Assembly: GCA_030390025.1 (NCBI GenBank)
Contig: CM059429.1
Coordinates: 37,510,001-37,574,000, forward strand
Reading direction: 5' to 3'
Length of the DNA: 64,000 nt
Source of the DNA: Squalus acanthias
Taxonomy: Eukaryota
Position numbers and translations under genes: made by a program. The notes below the pieces were generated by a model. That model searched no databases. It had not been told where the DNA came from and saw only the letters and a list, made by a program, of their open reading frames with translations. This document shows, piece after piece, positions 34,621-46,805 of this stretch (within the stretch, counting starts at the first letter, position 1; every line of letters begins with the position of its first letter).

Positions 34621-37600
34621 TAAAGTTTTACTGTCCAGTATATTTCCTATCCGTATGGATTACAAACCTATTATGAGAAAGTTAAATCAAAAACTAAACT
34701 CACACAAGCAACATTCTTCTTAGTACAAGGAGACACTGGATTCCTACCGAGTTATCCAGCAAGGATCAGAACTGGGAGTGCTCGACATAATTAACTTGAT
34801 TCAACTGCAAATGAGGTACTAAATACCTCTACAATAGACCAGCTCATTGCCTAACAAGGTGACCTCTTCCAAAGCACAAGCAAACTCAAAGATTTCCAGT
34901 TCCAACTGCATATTGGCACAAGAGTAGAACCAGTAGCGTAGCCACACCGAATTCCATTTCATGCCCAAAAGAAGGAACTCAAGAGCCTGGAGAAGATGGA
35001 CTTCACTGAAGAAATTGACAGACTGTCTTCATAGGTATCACCAATTATAGGAAACACTAAACTTTAAAAAATCGCAACAAAGTATGCATATGTGTTGATA
35101 GACATCTTCCAAACATAGCTGTATGGAAAGAATGTCACATATCAGCTAGAGTAGACAACTTCATTCATGATTTAAGTGTATCAACAGTCAGAATTGCTCC
35201 TGAACAATATTTTTTCTACCCACTGGAGTCTTCAACCCTACAAATAACTGAATTTTGGTATCTCATCTGCCAGAGAAGATTTCCAAAGTGCCACCCAAGA
35301 ATTACTTTAGTTTGTCAAATCTTTGCATCTAATCTAATAGTTTTTTTTGGAAGTCACAGTCTCCCCAACACTTCCAACACTTCCACGTTTGGGTCCCTTG
35401 TGACAAAGTTGCTAAAATTTTAAGCACAAAGTAATGAATTCTACAGAAAAATAAAACCGATATAATAATAATAATAACGTTGTAACATAATTGAGTCAAA
35501 AAAAATATATCAATCAAGTGTACTCAGTGCAAGGTTGACAGTGACATTCTAAAGCAAGCTGCAGAAAACACTTTCTTTATTGCCTTGGGCCACGTAGATT
35601 GGCATAATTTAACCTGAATAGATTCTTTCAAATACATATCCAGAGTTCTCTGGTTCCCATATACCCGTATGTATTTGCTCAATGTAGCATATATTTCTTT
35701 CTTCCTTCTCTGCAGGTTTGTTTGGCAAGTTGAGCTATGTTACTCAGTGGGAGCCTTTCACCCCCTGCTCCTGTATAAGGGCTGTGGTTTCAGCTGGATG
35801 CACTTGAGTGCTGTCACTCAGCACTTGGCCTGTGCCAGGTGTCAGGGGACAGCAGACATGAAGCAGGTAGAACCCCTACAATTGTTCTTCCAGAGTCTGT
35901 CTCAAGCAGGCAGTATTTTCCCATGAATGCAAAGTGAATTTCTTCTTTAAAACAGGCGTTTTCAGAAATTAACTCTTAAAGGTACAGGTTGCACCAAATA
36001 ACAGCAAGCCTTTGAAGAGTTCTTAGAATCAATTTGCCTAAATAAAGACTGTAAATTTGGTTGTTCTCACTCTCCAGTAAAATAACACAAAGTTTGTTTT
36101 GATGAAAAATAGCATGTATTCCAAGTTGACTACACAATAGTTATTTTTTATTTTGTTACATAGATACACGTATATTTCACTGTAATAGAAATTTTTAAAA
36201 TCACATAGCACTGAAGAGACAACACACTGGAGTCTCAGACAGCTCCATGAATGTATCCTTCCACCTTTGGGAATTCAGTTTTGATCCAGTGCAGGCTGAA
36301 GGCAGGAACATTTCCCATCTCTGAGATTGTTAAGGATCTTCTTAATTGACTGGGCTTTGAGAAGTTATCTTGAGACGCAGTTCTTGTAGTAAAAAGCGGT
36401 CCTCAGCCCTGACACAGTTAACATTAATTCAGCATGATTGCTGATGCAGCATTTATCTTACAGCATTGCCGCAAACACCAGCATCAACGAACAAAGCAGC
36501 CTCGGAGGTGCTTTTCACCAGAGGTTCCGAAAGCAGGGGTGTTCACCCTCCACCTCCCCAGCATGGCAATATAAACATTACCACCATAGGCGCAGGCTGA
36601 TGTTATTTTGGCTGCTGGTGAGCCAAGCGGCTTCGCTTAATTATACAGGTCATGAATGCAATTTTTTGCTTATACATAACGTCCCCAACCAGAAACAAAG
36701 TCATGAACTGTGCTTGTCCATTTATTTTCTGTTCTTCCAGCATTGTGGAATCAACCCCACAATTTCCACAGTGCAAGATGAGAAAATATTGCAGCATTGT
36801 TTCTTGAAGTGATTCTGCACTATAAATACATCTGAGCAGATAAGTAAAAGGAATTTGGGAAATCAACCAAGGCCATGCCAGAGTGTGAGGGGACAGTGTT
36901 CTTTTAAGACAATGGAAGTAATTTTCACTCTCACTGCTTGGACGCTAGACTGGCAAAGCAGATTGGCCGCTCATTTCAATATTATTTTGTAGAATTGTGT
37001 CATATTTTATTAACACAGTAATGTTTATATGGAGCCTACTGAATCAATGTTCTAGTTGAGTCCACTTATTTTTGTATGTAGCTGAATGTGAGCTATGCAT
37101 GTAATCCACTGGCATGTCCTCACAAGTACTATTTCATTAAAGAGTAACCTGGATATTTCAAACTTGAACTGGACTAGCAGACCTAAAACAACATCATAGC
37201 CAAAGCCATAAAAGCATTAAATCCAGTTACAATGGAAAAGTGGTTGACAATGTAACAAATCACGGAGAGTAGAAGTATCTACAGCATCATTTTTTTTATT
37301 GATAAATATTTAGTGGCATTTGCATCTAAAATATTTGCAACGGAGAGCTGTATTTTCATTCCTATTTATATACTGTAAATACTGTATTGATTTTCAGAGT
37401 CCAAGAATATTTAAAATGTCATTCACAATTAGGCCATATTTGTTTGCTCTAAATGAAAATGATTCATTTTACAGTAAATTTAATTACCATTACATCTCAC
37501 CAGGACCGAGCAACTGAGTTGAAAATTCAAACTGAAATTTATCCTTATGCACAGACAAAATGTGAAAACCTGTCAGCTTGACTGATTCATTAGCAAAGAA

Positions 37601-38591
37601 CTTTCCATCCAGCAGACAAAATAGAACAGGTTCAAGTAAGAAACACAGTGGATCCTTTTCATTAAATTCTCAGTTCTAGTTTAACGGTAACTTGTTCAAA
37701 TATGAAGACAAAATGATTTCCCGTTCAACTCTGCTGTAGAATCCATTCCTGGAATTAACTCCATTATCTTCTTTTAACCTTTTCAACTTTAAACAAACCA
37801 CAGCCCCACAACATTAATCTAGATTTCTGTTTGTAATGCTATTTATTCAAGCAATAAAGCTTCAGGACTGAGTATATTAGAGTGAAGCACATATAAGAGG
37901 CGATTTTCTACTTGAGCAGAGGCTGGCACTGTGCGCGTCAGAGTTGTGCAGGTCAACCCTGATGACTCTTCCTGCGTCAGGCCCTAGTGCATGTTTCCAA
38001 CATTTAATCCGCCAGTGATTGGAAGCTCACTGCTCAGAACGGCATCAACCAGTGCTACAGCAGGCATGTTACAAATGTGAGAATGGAGTAGAGGCATGTG
38101 CAAAGCTTTCTTCATGCAGCAGTGGAAGAAATGGGGCACAGGACGGTTCACCTCTTGCAATCCCTGGATCCTCCCCAGGATCAGAAAAAAAAACAACAGC
38201 AAATGACTGGCTTTTTTTCTTTTTTATATATTCTTTTAAAAATTGTTTGCATTTTGTAACAAAGTATGACACTTTGAAGCATGAAGTCTGACGTGTGATA
38301 GATGCACACTCGAGGGATCAATTTCCAATGGTGTTGTATAGTATTGTTCTGTGTGATTTTCATATTCCTAAATAATGTGATAAACAGCAGAAGCTTTAAT
38401 CCAAACAATTTCCCAGAGGTCATCATCAAATAGTGTATTTGAAACTTTAACCCCGCCAACTAATTTTCTTAGTAAGTGATATGTTGAGCACAATGACAAA
38501 TAAAGAACACTGCCTACACATCATTTTTGAGTAGGAATGTCATTTACAAATAGCTCCTCCAGGGACAAGGAATTGTGAATGGTGCTGAGAT

Positions 38592-38711
38592 GGGAGAAAC
38601 TTTCAACCTGATTACAGTAGGATGAAAACGGGGCGGATTGTACAATAGGTGGGCGATCCGATCCACTCCGCCAGGTTACCTACTAGGCTGCAAAGTTGTA
38701 AATTACACCCC
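38592..38711. mobile_element. Short Harbinger-like MITE
   Basis: GGGAGAAACTTTCAAC...GTTGTAAATTACACCCC termini; related to 12041 and 24936. Confidence 0.55.
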
Positions 38712-39156
38712 ATGCAGTGTCTAATTTAAGGTAACTTAGAAAAGATTTTTTTTTTAAATAATCTTTTGGTAAGTCTCCAAAGGAATTAAACATTAATCAG
38801 AAAATAACTTCCATATCAAGGGTATTTTGGGTAAGTTTGAATACCAATCCTTAGAATAGTAGCAAACCTATGCGAAAAATAAGATAAATATTGTTTACAA
38901 ATGCTATACCTTTGCTTGGAGACCACCGTGACCATTGTAAGCCCCTAAGCTAACTCTTACATTATAGTACATGGTATCATCAGCAGACAATCAGAACACA
39001 GGAATAGGGTCAATTGAGTCACATATGATTCAGTGGCTTTAGGTTTGCGGTTTTACCTCATGAAAGATAGAACAGCAGCAAACAAACATCCAATAAGAAC
39101 AAAGCCATATCTCTTTGACACCACACCTAACATTGGCACCATACTGTATGACATAT

Positions 39157-39311
39157 GGGGGTGAATTTCCGCAGAGGTTCTCCCGCTTGTCTGCCGTAAC
39201 GTCAGTGGAAGAGATGCGGAAACCCCAGATTAGACCGTTACAAGGATTTCCGCATCCCTTCTGCCGAAGTTACAGCAGACGAGTGGGAGAAACCCCGCGC
39301 AAGCTCACCTC
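39157..39311. mobile_element. Palindromic MITE (155 bp)
   Basis: Arms TTCTCCCGCTTGTCTGCCGTAAC/GTTACAGCAGACGAGTGGGAGAA and GATGCGGAAA/TTTCCGCATC; AT on both flanks. Confidence 0.8.
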
Positions 39312-40264
39312 ATCGTTCTATTTGCATGATGATATTTTGCATTCAGCTTAAGGGGAGAAATAGGGTCAGCTGACCATTCAAATCATGAAAATGATAATGG
39401 CAGCTGCCGTTCTAATCCTGATCTTAAAAGAGGTTCATGGTTGTGGAACAAAGCAAGAGATAGTGGGGGCTAAATTGATCATCGCTCCTGGCCTCACCTT
39501 ATGTTAACTTTGTTTTGGTTTGCTCTGCCCTCATCCTCCCCAACTATATCTTCTTCACTCTGCCTCAAATCTACCTCAGATTGCTGTCCTGGTCAGCTCT
39601 ACCCGAACATCTCCTTATGTGGCCTGACTTTTCCTGTTAAAACTTGGCACTGCATTCTTGGCACTGCATTTTTTTTTGCATTTTCTTCACTAAATCTCTC
39701 ACTCTGCTCTCTATCTATCTTTGTCCTTCTCATTTATGTCTCTGCCATTAATATTTCCTGTTCTTTCCTGACATTTTTTCCTTTGACCAAAGCCTCTCCT
39801 ACTTTTCCCTACTGTTCTCCAGTTCATGCCAAATACCCTTTGTCACAGCAGAAGACGCCGCAATGCATTATAATAATTCAATTAAGATTTAATTAAAATT
39901 CTGCAATCCAATACACACAATAATCTTAACAACGTTTTATTATTGTGTGCTTTCATATATTTCTTTTTTTAAATAGCATATATTACAATAGATGCTGGAA
40001 TCCTTCAATGCACTCAGAAAAAAAATGAGACTACTGTGTGCGAACAAACTGCTCAAGTGGCGTACTTGATGTTTAGTTACATTCACCAAGTCTCATTCAT
40101 CTGCTGTGAGATTATACAACATATTCCATTTACACAGATGGCCAAAATACAAGCCTAACATACTTTTAAGCTGAGAACATTGATCATCTGTATACAGCAC
40201 GCAGGAATAAATTATTGCCTGTACAGTCTGGAGTTCCTATGTTCAGCCCTGAGTCAACATGTCA

Positions 40265-40880
40265 ACTCGTACTTGTATATAGCTCCTTTCATCTAATGGA
40301 ACCTCCTAAAGAACTTTACAAATAGGTGGGGGCGGGCGGGTGGAAAGAGATAAATCAAACATACAGCAGGAACTGGGAGAAGTTAGGGGAGGACTTGGTA
40401 GTTGACTGTAGTTGTGGTTGAAAGCATAGGTTTTGAGAAGGTTCTTGGAGCTATGGAAAGATGTAGCATGGCTTTTTGTAGAGAAATTGCAGAGTGCAGG
40501 CTTGTGATAGCTAAAGACTCTGCTACAGGGGAGGGGGAATGGGACGGGGGAAGGCGCAGAGTGGTCTGAACTCCTAATAGTGGGATTTGCGAGATTGGAT
40601 GTAGGGCTGGAAGACGTTCCATCGTCGGCAACTGTTCTTTCACTTACTACGCTCTCATCCTCTGAATTCCCTCCCACAGCACGTTCACCTTGCCACCTTC
40701 CTCCCTTCCATCAAAACTCAAAAAACCTCCTACAGACCCTCTGCTCTACTTTAATTGTGCTTCGTGTACTTCGAACTCCTCTTTTCTTTATTTCTCCCCT
40801 GCATTCCTTGTTCTCTTGTGAAGTGCAAGAGATGTCTTTCTGTAATTGAGCAGTGTTATAGAAATTTAAGTTGTTGTTAG
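40265..40880. mobile_element. Two divergently oriented old L2 3' remnants
   Basis: L2-type tails at ~40265-40300 (minus) and ~40850-40878 (plus, TATAGAAATTTAAGTTGTTGTT). Confidence 0.5.
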
Positions 40881-42565
40881 TAGATTTCTAGATGAGTTGG
40901 AGTTTGTGTAGGGTGGAACATGGGAAAAGTAAAGTATTTTTGCAAAAGGTACAAAATAGAAAATTACATTTTAAAAACTGCAAAGATCAGGCATGAAATG
41001 TTAAAAAGCAAGGTTATGTTTAACAAAGCATTGTCATGCCATGCAATAATAAATAATAGGCTTGAGCTACAGTATTGCATTACTATCTGCCATGGATTTT
41101 GTAAAAGAAAAGCAAAATACTGCAGATGCTGGATATCTGAAATAAAAACAGAAAATGGTGGGAATACTCAGCAAGTCAGGCATCATCTGTGGAGAGAGAA
41201 ACAGAGTTAGCGTTTCAGGTCGATGACCTTTCATCAGAGATGTAACAGGTTTTAAGCAAGTATAGAGGCAGGGAAAGGGGGGAGGGGAGGAAAAAACAGA
41301 AGGGAAGGTCTGTGATAGAGTGGAAGGCAGGAGAGATTAAATGACAAAAGGGATGATGATGCAAGGCAAAAGGAGATGGTAATAGGACAAGTAAAGAAAC
41401 AAAAGATGGGTCCAGAGGAGGTGTGAATGGGAATAATCACCAACAGCTGCTGTCCAAAAAAATGGGGGCAGAGGTTATGATCTGAAATTGTTGAACTCAA
41501 TGTTGTGTCCGGAAGGCTGTAAAGTTCCTAATGGAAAGATGAGGTGTTATTCCTCGAGATTGCGTTGAGCTTCATTGGAACAGTGCAAGAGGCCGAGGAT
41601 GGAGAGATCAGAGTGGGAGTGGAGGGGAGAATTAAAATGACAGGCAACCAGAAGCTCGGGGTCATGCTTGTGGATTGAATGGAGGTGTTCCGCAAAGCGG
41701 TCACCCAATCTGTGTTTAGTCTCCATAATGTAGAGGAGACCGCATCGTGAGCAGCGAATACAGTATACTAAATTGCAAGAAGTACAAGTAAATCACTGTT
41801 TCACCTGGAAGGGGTGTTTGGGGCCCTCGACAGTGGGAAGGGAGGAGGTAAAAGGGCAGGTGTTGCATCTCCTGCGCTTGCATGGGAAGGTGCCGTGGGA
41901 AGGGGAGGGGTGTTGGGTGGTGATTGAGGAGTGGACCAGGGTGTTGCGGAGGGAGCGGTCCCTTCGGAATGCCGAAAGGGGAGAGGAGGGGAAGATGTGT
42001 TTGGTGGTGGGATCACGCTGGAGGTGGCAGAAATGGCGGAAGATGATTCGTTGAATGTGAGGCTGGTGGGGTGGAAGCTAAGGACAAGGGGAACTCTATC
42101 GTGGTCCTGGGAGGGAGGGAGGGGAAGGGGTGAGAGAAGCAGTGCAGGAAATGGAAAGGTTGAGGAAAAAGGAAGACATATCGGAAGCACTGTTATGGAA
42201 GGTGGCATCGTCAGAACAGGTGCGACGGGGACGGAGAAACTGGGGGAATGGAATAGAGCGAGCGAGCGGCGGCAGCAGCGGGAGCGGTGGACCTGCGAGG
42301 GAGCAGTGACTGTGGGAGAAAATAAAGGTCGGTGATTTTCAGGCCCAGTCGAGCAGCGGGAGCGGCGGCAGAATTCGAGAGTGACGTCACAGTACAGAAA
42401 GTGACGCCGGCACAGGGGAAGAAGCTGATTGGTGAGTAGTGGGTGAGTGCTTTTTTTTCTTCAATTTTAAGTTTATTTCTTTTAAGGTAGTTCATATTTA
42501 AGGTAGTTCGGGAGAGCGAGAATCCGAGAGTTTAAATTTGAGGTAAGAGTTTTTTAATTAAAAGT

Positions 42566-43469
42566 ATGGCAGGGGACCTCAGTCCCGTGCGTTGCACGGC
42601 CTGCAGCATGTGGGAATTCCTAGACGCTTCTTGCAGTCAGGATGACCACATGTGCAGTAAGTGCCAACAGTTTGGCCAACTTGAGATCTGGTTTTCGGAG
42701 ATTGAGCATCAGCTGGCGGCACTGCGGTGTATCCGCGAGGCTGAGAGTTACGTGGATAGCACGTTTTTAGACGTGGTTAACCCGCAGCTTAAGAAAGTGC
42801 AGTCAGAGAGGGAATGGGTGACCACCAGTCAGAAGAAGGGGGGCAGGCAGGTAGTCAGGAAAGCCCCAGAGTGCATCTCACTCAACAACCGTTTTTCTGT
42901 GTTGGAAAACGGTGAAAGTGACGGTTCCTCTGGGGAGTGCAGCCAGAGCCAAGTTCATGGCACTGTGGGTGACTCAGCTGCACAAGGGGGGAGGAGTAAG
43001 AGTGGAAGGGCAATAGTGGTAGGAGACTCAATAGTGAGGGGTGCAGACAGGCGTTTCTGCGGCCGCAGACATGACTCCAGGATGGTATGTTGCCTCCCTG
43101 GTGCCAGGGTCAAGGATGTTACTGAACAGCTGCAGGGCATTCTGAAGGGGGAGGGCAAACAGTCAGAGGTCGTGGTTCACATTGGCACCAACGACATAGG
43201 TAGAAAGAGGGATGAGGTTCTGCAACAAGAATGTAGGGAGTTAGGTAGCAGATTAAAAAGCAGGACCTCAAAGGTTGTAATCTCTGGATTACTCCCAGTG
43301 CCACGTGCTAGTGAGTATAGGAATAGGAGGATAGAACAGATGAATGCGTGGCTAAAGAGTTGGTGCAGGAGGGAGGGCTTTAGTTTCTTGGATCACTGGG
43401 TCTGTTTCTGGGGAAGGTGGGACCAGTACAAGTCGGATGGGTTGCACCTGAACCGGAACGGGACCAACA
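42566..43469 (+). CDS. CR1 ORF1 protein (zinc finger/leucine zipper + SGNH esterase); last codons displaced to 44521-44575
   Basis: CTAC...CSKC, coiled coil, GDSIVRG, LPGA, HIGTND, DGLHLN; frame resumes after the insertion as NILAGRFASAVG. Confidence 0.92.
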
Positions 43470-44520
43470 GATGGGTTTGCAGATGATACTAAGATGGGAG
43501 GGAAAGTAGTGAGTGACGAGGACATAAAAAATCTGCAAGTGGGCAGAGATTTGGCAGATGGAATACAATACTGGAAAGTGTGAGGTTATGCACTTTGGCA
43601 GGAAAAATAGTAGAGCAAGTTATTATCTTAATGGCAAGAAACTGGAAAGTACTGAAGTACAAAGGGATCTGGGGGTCCTGGTGCACGAAACTCAAAAGGT
43701 TAGTATGCAGGTGCAGCAAGTGATTAAGAAGGCCAATGGAATGTTGGCTTTCATTGCTAGGGGGATAGAATATAAAAATAGGGAGGTATTGCTTCAGTTG
43801 TACAGGGTATTGGTGAGACCGCACCTGGAATACTGCATACAGTTTTGGTGTCCATACTTAAGAAAAGACATACTTGCTCTCGAGTCAGTACAAAGAAGGT
43901 TCACTCGGTTAATCCTGGGGATGAGGGGATGGACATATGAGGAGAGGTTGGGTAGATTGGGACTCTACTCATTGGAGTTCAGAAGAATGAGAGGCAATCT
44001 TATTGAAACATATAAGATTGTGAAGGGGTTGGATCGGGTGGATGCGGGGAGGATGTTCCCGATGATGGGTGAAACTAGAACTAGGGGGCATAGTCTTAGA
44101 ATAAGGGGCTGCTCTTTCAAAACTGAGATGAGAAGGAACTACTTCACTCAGAGGGTGGTAGGTCCATGGAATATGCTGCCCCAAAAAGCTGTAGAAGCTA
44201 CATCATTACATAAATTTAAAACAGAAATAGACAGTTTCCTAGAGGTAAAGGGAATTAAGGGTTACGGGGAGCGGGCAGGAATTTGGACATGAGTCTAAGT
44301 TCGGATCGGTCATGGCCCTGTGGGTAGCGTAGCGGGCCCAGGGGCCGTGTAGCCTGATCCTGCTCCTATTTCGTGTGTCCAATTCTGTTAGGTTCAGGAG
44401 ATGGTTCTGTGATAGTAGATTGGCGTTTAGGATCAGATCAGCCATGATCTTATTGAATGGCAGAGCAGGCTCGAGGGGCCAATTGGCCTACTCCTGCTCC
44501 TATTTCTTATGTTCTTATGT
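43470..44520 (+). mobile_element. 5'-truncated CR1 (different subfamily) inserted in ORF1
   Basis: ORF 43558-44292 is the ORF2 C-terminus (KCEVMHFG, VRPHLEYC.QFW); (TTCTTATG)2 tail; TSD AACA (43466-43469, 44521-44524). Confidence 0.92.
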
Positions 44521-44789
44521 AACATCCTTGCGGGGAGGTTTGCTAGTGCTGTTGGGGGGGGGGGGGTTTAAACTAACTTGGCAGGGGGATGGGATACGGA
44601 GTGGAGCAATAATAGGGGGTGATGCACAGCCAAATATAGAGGAAAAAACAAGTCAGTCTGGAAGGCAGAGCAAATATGTAATGGCACAAGGGAGTATGGC
44701 AAGGCTGGATGGCATTTATTTTAATGCAAGGAGTCTTGCGAGTAAGGCAGATGAATTGAAGGTGTTGATGAACACATGGGAGTATGATA

Positions 44790-45185
44790 GCAAAATACTG
44801 CGGATGCTGGAAATCCGAAATAACAACAGAAAACGCTGGAAAAACTCAGCAGGCCAGGCAGCATCCGTGGAGAGAGAAAGAGAGTTAACGTTTCAGGTCG
44901 ATGACCTTTCATCAGAACTGGGAAGAGCCGGAAATCAAATAGATTTAAGGCCAGGGTAAAGCTGCGAAAAGGGGGAGGGGATAAAGGAACAAAGGGAGAG
45001 ATGAAGAGACATAGAGACATTAAGAGATATGCAAGGCTAGAGGTGGTGTTAATGTGACAGATTAAGGCTGAATGAAGTGTGAAATCCACTGGCAGAATGA
45101 AGGACAGCTGCCAGCTTCTAGGAGGAAAAAAAAGGTGGGGGGGGGACAAATAAAAGGGTGGATAAAATAAAATATAAATGTGATT
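44790..45185 (-). mobile_element. Penelope-like family A terminal fragment inserted in the CR1 endonuclease domain
   Basis: 11-bp TSD GGAGTATGATA (44779-44789, 45186-45196); matches 41106-41300. Confidence 0.88.
44883..44919 (-). ncRNA. Minimal type-I hammerhead ribozyme, catalytic core intact
   Basis: Minus strand: AGUU-CUGAUGA-A-AGGUC(AUC)GACCU-GAAA-CGUU-AACU; predicted cleavage after GUU (position 44887). Confidence 0.8.
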
Positions 45186-45198
45186 GGAGTATGATATT

Positions 45199-45941
45199 GG
45201 CCCAGAAATTGATCTCGCTCTGTTCCCGCGGGCGTAAGCCTTCCCCGCGATCTCTCACCTCGCTTGTGCTTTTTCAGATCCAGCTCGCACGAACTTGATG
45301 TTCCAGACATCAGCCGGGCAGTGCTTGCGTATCCCACCGGCGTAGTGAATTCGTGCGAGCTGTGGGATCACGTGACTCAGTTAGAGCCAATGGCAGCACA
45401 CCATCTTCCATTCATAAGTTTCACAGCACGGCTGTTAAATCTATGAATCTTACACCCCCCCAAAATAACAGCTAAACCTCAATTAAATTTTAAAAAAAAC
45501 CATCACATTAATAAAATAAGTATAGTTAAATAAATTAACCATTTTAAATAAAAAATTAAATTTTTGAAAAAATTTAAAATCTTTTAAAAAGTTATAAAAA
45601 TAAACTTACCTGTCTTTAAAGTCTCTAAAAAAGATATACCTGTAAAAAAAAATTCAAAAAAATACTTAATTCACTACTTACCTTGTTAAAAGTGGGTCTT
45701 CCTCCTCCTTTTTACATTTCTAAAATCTTCAGTACTTACCTGCGCGTCCAAAGCATGAAGTGCACAGCGTGCGCGCAGCCTGTAGCGCGCATGCGATGCA
45801 CCGAGGAACCGCCCCCTTTTCAAAAGAGCAATTGCCGGTTTTCAGCGCATGCGCAGGGCATGCAGAAAACTGGCAATTGCAGAGGGAATACGCGAGAGTA
45901 CGCAGTGCGTACTCTCGCGCAGCAGGATGAATTTTTGGGCC
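45199..45941. mobile_element. Non-autonomous Harbinger-like element inserted in CR1 ORF2
   Basis: TIRs GGCCCAGAAATT/AATTTTTGGGCC; TSD ATT; removal restores WEYD-IVAI. Confidence 0.9.
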
Positions 45942-46805
45942 ATTGTTGCTATCAGAGAGACATAGTTGAGGGAGGGGCAGGACTGGCAGCTCAATATTCC
46001 AGGGTATAGAATCTTCAGGCAAGACAGAGGGGGGTGTAAAAGAGGAGGGGGTGTCGCAATATTAATCAAGGAGTCAATTACTGCTGTAAGGAGGGATGAT
46101 ATCTTAGCAGGTTCCTCTAATGAGGCCATATGGGTAGAACTTAAAAACAAAAAGGGGGCAAGCACTTTGCTGGGTGTGTACTATAGGCCCCCAAACAGTC
46201 AGGGGGAGATAGAGGAACAGATATGTAGGCAAATCTCAGAGAAGTGTAGAAATAATAGGAAAGTAATAGTAGCGGATTTCAACTTCCCCAATATTAACTG
46301 GGATAGTCAGAGTGTGAAAGGCTTAGAGGGTGCGGAATTCTTAAAGTGCATCCAGGAGAGCTTTTTGAGCCAGCATGTAGAAAGTCCTACAAGAGAGGGG
46401 GCGGTACTGGACCTAATTCTAGGGAATGTAGCTGGGCAAGTGGTAGAAGTGTCAGTAGGAGAGCATTTTGGTGACAGTGACCATAATTCGGTGAGATTTA
46501 AGGTAGTCATGGAAAAGGACAAAGATGGACCGGAAATAAAGGTTCTAAATTGGGGGAAGGCCGATTTTAATATGATAAGGCAGGATCTGGCCAAAGTGGA
46601 CTGGGATTAGCTACTTGTAGGAAAATCCACATCAGAGCAGTGGGAGTCATTCAGAAAGGAAATAGAGAGAGTACAGCGCCAACATGTTCCCATAAAGGTC
46701 AAGGGTGGGACCAACAAGTCCAGGGAACCCTGGATGTCGAGGGATATACAAGAATGGATTAGGGAAAAAAGGGAGGCTTTTGGCAGATACAAAGGACTGT
46801 AAACA
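45942..46805 (+). pseudogene. CR1 ORF2 endonuclease/linker region with premature stops
   Basis: GGGVAILIK, GVYYRPP, ADFNFPNINW, LDLIL, DSDHN; in-frame stops at ~45963, 46608 and 46799; N-terminus (YFNARSL) at ~44697-44789. Confidence 0.9.

Noticed and set aside
36240-36440. LF-SINE-like ancient repeat (also ~49060-49160)
   Set aside because: Resemblance limited to short recalled motifs; needs a profile search.
42566-43486. Cellular GDSL/SGNH lipase gene
   Set aside because: Intronless, directly upstream of EN-RT and within a CR1 5'UTR/tail; it is the LINE ORF1.
44375-44959. 194-aa ORF as a host gene
   Set aside because: Reads across a CR1 3'UTR, the ORF1/ORF2 junction and an antisense Penelope fragment.
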